From Raillietiella orientalis (lineage: Eukaryota): a stretch of DNA of 64,000 bases. The stretch covers positions 2,666,001 through 2,730,000 of the forward strand of contig JAYWIR010000010.1 in assembly GCA_036172245.1 (NCBI GenBank), given 5' to 3'. Under the pieces are notes generated by a model that was not told the DNA's origin, ran no database searches, and saw only the letters and a program-made list of their open reading frames with translations. Both the position numbers and the translations under genes were made by a program. Positions 24,314 through 34,069 of this stretch are shown here, piece after piece (the first letter of the stretch is position 1; every line of letters begins with the position of its first letter).

Positions 24314-25490
24314 GTAAGTGGAGTCCTCTCCCCTCTCTCCCTATACCCCCTCCCTCTCCTCGCCCGGAACCCTCGATCACCCTCTGTTCCCCCCAGAGAC
24401 CACCGTCGTGAAGAAGGGAAAATGCGAGCCCCAAGACCTCAGCGTGAAGAGCGTCGTTCCCTGCGAGACACCTCCTCCGAGCCCGCCGTCTGACACGGAG
24501 AATCGGTTCCGCCATCACCATCATGGCCACCACCATCATCATCACCACCACCACCACCACCGGGAGCAGCAGCAGCAGCAGCAGCCATACGTCGTTACCC
24601 CTGCTCCCGTCGGGTACTCCCCGGTCCTGCAGTGCAACTCGTACGCCTCCGTCGACCCCTACTACGGCCACAAGGCGGAGTCTGCTTTCGTGCCCTACTC
24701 GGGGTTCCACACCCCTTTCTATGCCGAGGACCCGCGCCCGGACCATCGCGACCTCAGGCACCCGGCAACGATGGGTGTTTCCCCGGGCTTCCAGACGGCA
24801 GCCCACGCCCCTCAGGAGCCGCTGCAGCAGCCGCCGTACGGTGCGCCCCTCTCGCCCCAGGTGTCTCCTCCTCTGTTTTTGGATGCTCCCTTCGGCAAGA
24901 GCTGCAGAGGTGCTGGTGACAGCGGCAGCCCGGAGCAGCAGCAGCAGCTCCCGCCGCCTCCACGCCCAGAGGACGACGGCGGCGGCGACGAGAGGGACGA
25001 AGAGGCCTCCACGGCTGCGGCTGCGGCGCCGAAGGGCCGGGAGTGCCACCGGTTCCAGTGCGAGCAGTGCCAGAAAAACTACTCGACCCTGGCGGGGCTG
25101 GCGAAGCACCGCCACTTCCACTGCCGGAGCGACGAGCCCAAGTCCTTCGGGTGCCGGCATTGCGAGAAGTTGTACACCTCCTTGGGGGCCCTGAAGATGC
25201 ACATCCGCACCCACACCCTGCCCTGCAAGTGCCAGTTCTGCGGGAAGGCCTTCTCCCGGCCGTGGCTGCTCCAGGGGCACATCCGCACCCACACGGGGGA
25301 GAAACCCTTCTCGTGCTCCCAGTGCCAGCGCAGCTTCGCCGACAGGAGCAATCTGCGAGCCCACCTGCAGACCCACTCCGAAGTCAAGAAGTACTCCTGC
25401 AAGCGCTGCGGGAAGACCTTTTCCAGACTGTCCCTGCTGGTCAAGCACGAGGACAACGGCTGCCCGGGGAAGGCGGCGACGTCCTCCTAG
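24208..25490 (+). CDS. sna: Snail-family (snail/escargot-like) C2H2 zinc-finger transcriptional repressor, 2 exons, 399 aa
   Basis: join(24208-24313, 24397-25490) with an 83 nt GTAAGT...CCCCAG phase-1 intron. It has the NT box [10 protein letters not shown], the CtBP motif PQDLS, poly-His and poly-Gln tracts, and five fingers including the diagnostic [42 protein letters not shown]...[14 protein letters not shown]. The last finger is C2HC type. The exact paralogue (snail vs escargot-like) is not resolvable here. Confidence 0.96.
24397..25490 (+). CDS. sna: Snail-family gene coding exon 2
   Basis: Pyrimidine-rich acceptor ending at 24396. Encodes PQDLS and the five zinc fingers, with TAG at 25488-25490. 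Confidence 0.96.
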
Positions 25491-25659
25491 GAGCGCCGGT
25501 CGAGGGAGGTCGTCTCTCTCCTGCAACTCTAGTCAGCGCATGGAAGGCCGCTCCCGGGAGGGGCCGGAGGAAACGGACCCCTCGTCCCAGGAGGGGACTC
25601 GCCCATCCTCCTCCTTGCTCTTCCTCCTCAGACCCCTCGCCCTTCGAGGTCCTGAAAGC

Positions 25660-25665
25660 AATAAA
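25660..25665 (+). terminator. Candidate polyadenylation signal of the snail gene
   Basis: AATAAA 170 nt after the stop codon, in otherwise GC-rich sequence. Confidence 0.55.
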
Positions 25666-28600
25666 GCGCAGAGTCCGGACATCTAGCCTCCAGGGAGTCC
25701 CCGATGACCTCTCCGCTCCTCTCGTCCCTCTGGGTCGACCCCTTCCTTTGCATGCTCTCGGCCGGGTGGGTAGGGGCGGGAGGGGGGACGCTACCTCTTC
25801 CCTTCGCCGTCCACTCCTGCCGGGCCCTGACTTTCCTCACGGGGCACAGGACTTTTTCCCCTCCTGGAAGGAGGAGGAGAGGGAAGGAGAAGCTTCCGAC
25901 CCCTCTCCTTCTTCCCGTGTCCTCTGTCCTTTCTTCGCCGCCGTGGAGGGAAGGACCGTGGGCGGGTTCTTCCTTCTTTCCCGCAGGTGGGGACTGGGGG
26001 TTGTGTATGAAAGGGGTTTCCTCGCCTGCGACCTCTCCTCTTCCCCAAGGAACCCGTGGGGATAACTCCAGGCGTGGCCTCCGAGAGTACCGGCTAAGGC
26101 AGGAAGAGGGGCGCCCGGCTGGTGCAGGTGCAGGGAACGACCCACGAGAGAAGGCAGTAGGGAGCGGCGTGCGCCTTGCTGGGGAACAGACACCTGCAGG
26201 AGCGGAGATCCCGGAGTCCTGAAGGGGAGTGGGGGAAGGAGGGACGCGCGCCCTCGGGTCCCCCGCTGCTCGCTCAGGAGGAGAGCCGGGAAGGGCGGGG
26301 TGCTCCTGTCTGGAGGAGGAGCTGGGATACCGTTGGGGGGAGGGGTTTTCCTTCAGGAAAGGGGAAATCTCCGGGAGGGAAAGGGAGCGCTCTCCGCCCT
26401 GAGATAAAAAGATGGGAAAGAGGAAGCGATCTGGACCTTTTGACCTCACACCCGACCTGTTCTGCAGCTCCTCCCCTCTCCAGGGTCGCCTGGACCCGCA
26501 TCATTTGTGAGTTTCTTCTCTCCCCCGTCTTCCTCTTCCCCAGATCCCCCTTCCGTCGCTATCCCCTGCTTGCCTTTGCTTCCAAGGCGACGACAGATGC
26601 TCTTCCCATCGGTTTCGCCCAACTGCACCGGCAGGAGAGTTTGCAGTGGGAGAGGGGCGACGGATCCGGACCGAGACCCCTCTGGGCCTCCCCGTGTGCT
26701 CTCTGCGGAAAGAGGCCTCCAGAGAGGGAAGGAAAGGGGAGGATGACGGGAGAGGGAGCGGGGGTATCCTCTCACTTTCTCTCCCCCTACCGGTCGCGTC
26801 CTCTGGTCTCGGTGCCTTCCCGGTCTGACGAGTTCCCACGGGATCGCACGTCGATCGCAGCGGCGCACGCGTCTCCGTTAATCGCGCCGCCGGGAAGCGC
26901 GGTCGGAGCGCACGCGGCGCGCCCCTAAGCGGTTCGCTTCCTTCCGGGAAGACAAAGGAGGAAGGCACCAGCGCGCGCTTTCCCGCGGCTGGGCTCCCGG
27001 GCGCTCCCGACCGTGGGAACGAGAGGGTGCGGCCCGGGAGCGCGGGAGAGGGCGACGGGAGGGAGCCGCCGCGGGTACCGTGCGAAAGGCGGGACGGACG
27101 GACGGACGGATGGACGCTGCAGCTGTCGCCCGGGAGACCCGCGCTGGTGGGAGCGCGGCACGGGTCTCCCGGGAGGACGCGCCCTCCTGATCGCGCTCTG
27201 GGGGAGAAGGGGCCATTCGGCGACCATCCCCCTCCTCCTCTTCCGCTGAGCGGCGGCGTCGAACCAGCTCCTGTCCAGTGGCTTCTCCCTCCCCCCCCTC
27301 TCTCTCCAGATCGCTGAGGATGCAGCAGCCTCGAGAGGAGCTCCCCGGGCCGCGAATAAGAGGAGAAATCGGGCTCTCGCCTCCAAGGAGTCCCTCCTCC
27401 CTTTCGCTCTGCATGGGGACCATCAGCGAGATTCCGGGGCAAAGTCCGCCTTCTAGCGCTCCGGAGACTCGTCGGTTTCTGGAAAAGGGGATGGAAAGGG
27501 GGTGGGGAAGGGATGACGCCCTGACAATGCTGTTGCGCAGCCTTGTGGACGCTGCCTGCAAGAGTTCCGCCCGCTGAGGAACCCTTCTGCCTTTCTCCGG
27601 GCAAGGAAGGAGAACGGGGCCTTGGAACGCCGTGACCTCAGGTGTGCATGGCCCCTCTGTCCACCTCCCAAGGATTCTCCGGGGAAGGTCCTGCCCGAGA
27701 GGCGAGGGCAAGGCCCTCTAGGAAGCCGCTGAAAAGGAACGTGCCTTCGGGTGCGGCAGCAGCGGGGCGAAGGTTGCTAGGAAACCAAATCGATCGTGGG
27801 ATGCTAGGAAAAGGGATGGGAGGTGGCGCCGACTACGGGACAGACGGGCGGCCCGCCGCACTTCGGGAGGCGGAGGAGCAGCACCCGCCCTGCTCCTCCA
27901 TCGTGTTTCCATGTTCACGGCAACCCGTCGGACTGGGGAGTGCTAGCTGCCTCAAGCGGCCTATCACCAGGTCACGGGAGCTCAAGATCTGCAAGGACCG
28001 GAAGGAGGGGAGGGGCACGGAGGTTGGGAGCAGCGCGCCTGCAGAAAGGGAAGGGGGACTCAGCCGCCTTCTCCTCACCGGGAAGCTGCCGAAGTCCCGG
28101 AGTCCCTGACACGAGGGGGAAAGACCTCAACCCCTTCCTTCCCCACCCCACCTTTCTGGTTGAGGCAGAGCGGTCGTCGTTGCCGGGTGACAGGAAGGGA
28201 GGCCTGCGCTTCCCCTTCCCTCCTTCCCTTCCTCTTTTTTTTTCTTTTCCCCCTTTTCCGGCTCATGGCTCAATCCTCAGCGCCGCCGGCCGCTGACCCA
28301 CCGGGATCCCTGCACCTGCAGAGGAGAGTGAGGGATGGACGCACCCGACCAAGAAGGCAAGCGTAAGTCTCCCCGGGAACCCTCCATGGTGGCGTCCCTG
28401 GAGGACAGAAGTCAGGGAGGGACCCCGCAGCTCCACAGGGGTAGGGGAAGCTGCTTTGGCCCCTTATGTTTCTCCGGAAGGTACTCACGAGAAAACCATC
28501 CTTTCCCTAGGCAAAGGGAGGGGCCGTCCCCAGGAGGCGTTGAGGGGGCGGTTAAGAGGACTACAGGAGGATTCCCGAACGAAAGGACTTCAAAGGCGGC

Positions 28601-28671
28601 TGGGCGGGGAGAGAGAGAGGAGGAGACGGACGGTCCCTCTTCCTGGTGCCAGCTCCTCCACCCTCTCCCTA

Positions 28672-29657
28672 CTCGAGCCCACGCGTCCACGGCGCGGTCT
28701 GGCGGTCGCCCTCCAGGCTGGTGCCAGTCTGACGGCGCAAATCACAGGGAAGACGATCTCCTGGCACTCTCTGTTCCCCCGAATCACCCCCGCCATCCCC
28801 TTTGCGGGTGGCAAGAGCGAGCCGGTCTCGTCGATCACGTCATCTCGTCCTCCCCCCACTCCCTTCCCGTGGTCCAGCTGCCCTGAGGTTTTCCTTTGGG
28901 CGAGAGGCGCCGAAGAGCTCTTCCTCGAGCCGGTGACCGGGAACGAAGAGCGGCGGCTGCGAGTCCCGCCGCGCTGGGATCGTGCCCGGAAGGAAGGGGG
29001 ATCACCGGCGGGACCCGGCCTGACCCGATGAGAAGAAGCTGACCCTGAGGCATCCCAGGATTCCAATTCTTCTGGGACGGAGCTGAGAGATGGGAAGGGA
29101 GAGTGCGCCTGCCACCCTTTCCGCGCTTTGCTGGTCGTTTGCAAGGGTGGCGCCGCTGCTGTTTGCCGCCGCGCGAGGAGGGGGGGGGGGGAGAAGGAAA
29201 AGGAAAAGAGGAAGGAGACTGGGATTGTGGATCAGGGTCACTGGTGACAACTTTTGCATCATTTCCCTGATCATCATTTTTCATCCTCCTCCGACCGGTA
29301 TTTGCCGGGGGTGACCGCACAGAGAGGGGTCGGGATGGGGGGGGTCAAGGAACGGGATCAGAAAGCATGCCGCTTGACCGTGGTGTTTTGAATCCCTTCG
29401 CGGACACTACACGTGGGGGTGACTGCCCTCCTCCCTTCCCTCCCTCCAGCATCCCGACCACGGAGGAGGGGTGGAGGGACGAAGGAGATGACGCCAGCGA
29501 CGAGACCTGCTCGCTCTTGCCACCCATGGAGGAGCTGGTGGAGTTGATCCGGGGGGAACCGAGAGTGCCAGATCGTCTTCCTTGTGAGTTGCGCCGGCTG
29601 ACTGGCACCAGCCGGGAGGGCGACCTCCGGACCGCCCTGCGGACGCCTGGGCTCTAG
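28672..29657. repeat. Long diverged inverted repeat (arms about 28672-28874 and 29456-29657, spacer about 580 bp)
   Basis: The reverse complement of the right arm aligns to the left arm. Shared blocks include GGTCGCCCTCC, GGCTGGTGCCAGTC, GGAAGACGATCT and GGGTGGCAAGAGCGAGC. Identity is roughly 75-80% by eye. Confidence 0.9.
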
Positions 29658-30816
29658 AAGGGGAGAGAAGAACTCTCTAGTTGCCAGGAAGGCTAAGGCT
29701 GCGTCAGACCTAACAGGGAAAAGTGGGAGAGGGGCAGGGGAAAGAGCGTTCAAGGTACATCTTCGGGACATTCTTCCTTCCCCTTTTCCGCACCGCCAAG
29801 GAGCGTAGCCATGGGGAACGTCGCCAACGATTCCCACCAGCAATGCCCCTACCGGTTTGCCCCCTCGTTCCCTTCCCCTGCCCCCCCTCTCCCGCTCCCG
29901 CTTGACATCAAACTTCTGCGACCTCCGGTAACAATGCCGCCTCCTCCCCGCTCCCTTCCTCCCTTCTCCTGTTGCCACGACGCACTTTCGGTGATCTCTT
30001 CCTCCCCTCCCTCCCTCCCCCTCTCTCCCAGGCACCAATTTATCCCTCTTGTCGACTCCACCCGCGAAATCCCTTTCAGGCGGGTCCTGGAAGCGATTTC
30101 CTCCAATTTGCGCAACCGTTCCTATCTTTGTTCGCGCTCCTTTCAGAGTCCCCAATCTCTGGGAACCTGCGCTTTCCCAGGATCCCCTTTTCAGGATTCG
30201 CGGGAGCTCCTCCGCGTATCGACCTCGCCATCTTGATCGCGCACCCACCCATCCTCGCCGCAGGAGTGACCCGGGGGCGGATGGGCGCAGGCACAGAATC
30301 ACCTAATAATGACACGAGTACGGTAGTGGCAGTAGTTGCTGTAGTAACAGCCATAAACGGAGGCCTTCGGCTCCGGGGAGTGAACCTGCGTCATCGAACG
30401 GCACTGCGCCCGGGATTCTTAGGGAAGGGAACTGGGAAGAAGAAACCTGTTGGAATCCCGAATCAAATGGGATCTCTCTGACTTCCCGAATAGTTCGGGG
30501 TTAGAATTTTCGCTTTGTTGAATTGGCGACAAAGAAAATCCATTCGTATGAAGAACAATGGAGGAGGAGGAGGAGGGGGGAGGGGGGGAAGGGAAGGTTG
30601 GCATGGTAACGAATATTCAACGAATGCGAGCGGCAGCAGGTTAAGACCTGTGGCATCGCAGCCGCTGCATGCACCGGCGGCGGAGGCATTAATAAGTGTT
30701 TAACACACGGTTGCATCTGCTGGATGGGCGAAGGGTGGCGGTGTTCCGGGAACGGGAACGCGCGCGAAGCTAGGGTTAGGTGGACCCATGGCGACACACG
30801 CCCCGCCCCTGAACCC

Positions 30817-30916
30817 GAGAAAGAGAAAAAAAAAAAAAAAAAAAGAAGGAGAAAGGAAGGAAGGAAAAAGGAAAGGAAAAAAAAAAAAAAAAAAGGAAAG
30901 AAAAAAAAAAAGAGGC

Positions 30917-30950
<34 letters not shown>
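30817..30950 (+). repeat. 99 nt pure polypurine tract followed by a (GCA)11 microsatellite
   Basis: Only A/G from 30817 to 30915, then GCA repeats from 30918 to 30950. Confidence 0.95.
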
Positions 30951-30953
<3 letters not shown>

Positions 30954-32618
30954 TCGCGCCGGCTCCGAGCCCGAAAAGAGCGCGGAAAGAATTCGAAAGA
31001 GCCGATGGTGGTAATTCGAGAGAGGCGGCGGCCTCCAGCGAGGCTGCGTTTCTCACGGGACCGCGCGGAAAAAAAGAAGAAAAAAAAGGAAAGACGGAAA
31101 GGAAAAGAAAGAAAAGGGAGGCAGAAAGAACCGTCCTCCGCACTGGGACGGTCTTCCCGAATTCCCTTGAAGTCGTGTCGCCGCTTCCCGCAGGCCCCGA
31201 AATCGCCGCGCGGAGGAGGCAGAAGCAGCTTCCGGGTGGACGCGTTGCCCGGCGGTTGGCGGGAAGCCTCCCCTCGGCGGCGCTTCCGAGGAACGAGGAG
31301 GAGGAAAGGTCGGCTGCCCGTTTGCTGCTGCCCGCGCCGGGTGCCGCCGGAGCACCTGGAACGGGGCGCGCGTCCTCGCCCCCCCCCCCCACCCTCCCCC
31401 TCGAATGTTTGGCGTGCCGTCTCGGGTGCGAGCCCTCCGGTGTGCCACATCAGAGCGACAACTTTACGACCCTTTCGTCGTCCACCCGCGTTCACCGCTG
31501 CTCCCGTCCTCTGCGCGCGGAGCACTCGCTTTCCTCTCCTGCTGCTCCTCGAGGCGCCTCTCGGAAAGGAGCGCTCTCGTCGTCCGAGGGGTGCGGGGAT
31601 GCTGGAGCACGAGGCAGAGAGCGTGCCCGCCGCGCGTCAGCTGACGGAGCACCGGCCGGTCTGCTCCCATCCGGCTGCAAGCGCCGTCCGAGCGGATGGG
31701 CAGGTATGGATCGGTGTGGGTGCACCCACGCATGTAGTTGGGCGGGAGGGACACCGGGCGCCCGTCCGCGCGCGCGCAGGCACGTGCGTACCTATGGAGG
31801 GGGGGAAAATGAAAGGAGTAGCGCATCTCCTTGTCAGGATGGACGGCGGCCTCTTGCTGCTCGCTCGTCCCTCTCACTCGGGACTTCCGAACGGATCGCT
31901 CGAGGTTTCCATGGAACCGGCGGTGCCGTCTTCGGACTTGCAGCGTGACGCCCTTCCTCAGGCAACGTCGACCTCCGCCGCGTAGGAGGGGAGGGCAGCA
32001 ACAGCAAGGGGGAAGAAACATCCCACGAACTTCGGGAGCAGAATTTTTTCCCCTATCCTGGAGGATGTAGGGAGGCCCTCCGCGCCGTCTTACCTTTCCT
32101 GGCCTACCGGGAGCGGAAAGAGTTTTCGCCGCGCGAGAGCATCGGCCCCATTCCGGAGGACCACTTCGCATGCTCGGCCAGTAGAGACCCGCCCGAGAGG
32201 GGAAGGAAGACGAAGAAGGAAAGATCCTGGATGCTTTTCATCCAGAGTGTGTTGCACGGCATTCGCTTAGCGCGCAGGCGCGCTGCGCATCATCCGTAAA
32301 ACGCGAGCGTTTTTTTTTTTGTTTTTCTCCCAGGCCGAGCGCAGTCATCAGTCATTGAGAAATCCCTTTGCATTCGCAAGTTGGCCGGGAATCGCGGCAG
32401 TCTGCCGGGCGCGCGGTTTCTGATTTTTGGATTTCATCTGTGAAACAGAAGGAAAAAGAGGAAGAAAGGCGCAAATAAACAAACCCGAACGTGGGATGGG
32501 TGGGTGTCTTCCTTCGTTCCTCCTTGTTTTTCCTACAAGAAGAAAAAAAAAAAAAGGAAACGATCCGTTCAGCGTGTGTCCCGAAATCGCCAGCGTTCTC
32601 CAAAATAAACACGGAATC

Positions 32619-32623
<5 letters not shown>

Positions 32624-32652
<29 letters not shown>

Positions 32653-32705
32653 AAAGAAGGAAAGAAAGAAAGAAAGAGAGGAAGGAAGAAAGAAAGAAAA
32701 AAAGG
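32624..32705 (+). repeat. 82 nt poly-A/(GAAA)n polypurine tract
   Basis: Only A/G across the interval. Confidence 0.95.
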
Positions 32706-34012
32706 TGACCTGTTAGATTTATGACAACGTAAATCGAGCACCTGGAATCTGGGAGGCCTCGCAGCATTCAATAAATGCCGATGGAATTTCTCCTTTTATT
32801 TGCCTTCGTTGCATGGACACCAGTCTTACGGGAATTTGTCAACCGGGTAAACACGGACGCGCCGGGGGCAGGTGTTCCCGGCGCTCTGCGCCCCATTGTG
32901 GAAAGTTTCAATCAGTTGCGCTCTTTCAATTGTCCGCGCTTTGATTTCCTCTCATTCCTGCACCTCGCCCGGCCTCTTCGCACGCGACGGTTTGCCGGCT
33001 TTCAATGAGCGCGCGAGCTTTTCCTTTCTCCTACCCCCTCAGCCCATCCCTCTTTCTTTTTCCTCGTTCCCCCCCCCCCCCCTCCCTTCCCGCGTCTCCC
33101 CATCCTTCCCCGCTCCCGACGCCCCGATCCCGAACGGGACGCGGGAACACCTAGCGGAGAGAGCGAGGCTCTCTCGCGCGCGAGCCTTCGCCCCGCAAAT
33201 CCCGAACCCCCTCTCTCTCTCCAGGAAAGAAAAATCCCGTCCCGGACGGACCTCCTGTTCCGGCCCGCCTCCTCCTTCCTTCGGCTTCCCGTCCCCCCCC
33301 CCGCCACCACCATGCGGGAGCAGGCCGCGATGCTCGCAACGGACCGGCAGGAATGTTCCCGAAGGTCAACGGAAACGGAAGGCAGGCCGAGGAGGGGGAG
33401 GGGGAGCTCCCGTCGTTCCTGCTCGCGTGCTCGCGGGGTCCGCCTCGGACAGCGCGTTCCCCTCCCCTCCCCCCGACTCCCTTGGGGCTCGTCGCGTGGG
33501 AACGCCTACTCTGTGTGTGCTCTCGGGTGGCTGCGTGCCTCGGAACACCTGTTCTCCCCCTCCCCTCCCCCCTTTCTTTTCTGCCGTCCATTGTTGGATC
33601 CGCTTCCCCCCTCCTCGCCTGGGAAAAGGAGTCCCTGTTGCCTGGCGTGGTTTGCGCCGAGTTTCCCTACCGCACCCCTCTTCGTGTCTGCCGAGCGGGC
33701 CCTGCGACGGGAACGTGGAAGCGGAGGCAGGCAGCGCGCGCTCCCGGTGCCTTTGTGTGTGTGGGGGGGGGGTGCAACCGGCGTTCAGCCCGAGCGCATG
33801 TGGCATCCCCGAAAGCATCGGATTCTCCTGCTGCCGCTCCTGCAGGCTCGTCGGCGCCACCACCGCATTCTTCCCCTCACGCCTACTCCCCCTTTCTCCT
33901 TCCCTTTGTTTTCGCCTTGATCCGCCGACGGGTTCGGTGGATATAAGGATGTAAATGGCGAGCGAAGCCCCTCCCCCCCCCCCTCGCTTCACCCGTTGCA
34001 CCGCTGGGAGCC

Positions 34013-34069
34013 GGAGGTTGCGCAACAATGCTCGCCGCCCGCGGCGGGAGGTTGCGCAACAATGCTCGC
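34013..34069. repeat. Short duplicated 23 bp motif (period 34 bp) containing the palindrome GTTGCGCAAC
   Basis: GGAGGTTGCGCAACAATGCTCGC at 34013 and 34047. Confidence 0.9.

Noticed and set aside
24318..24396. ORF-track start for the zinc-finger protein at 24318
   Set aside because: This lies in the 83 nt intron. The spliced ATG at 24208 supplies the NT box and has a strong Kozak context.
24234..25526. 430 aa antisense ORF and other overlapping ORFs over snail
   Set aside because: Shadow ORFs caused by the extreme G/C third-position bias of the real gene.
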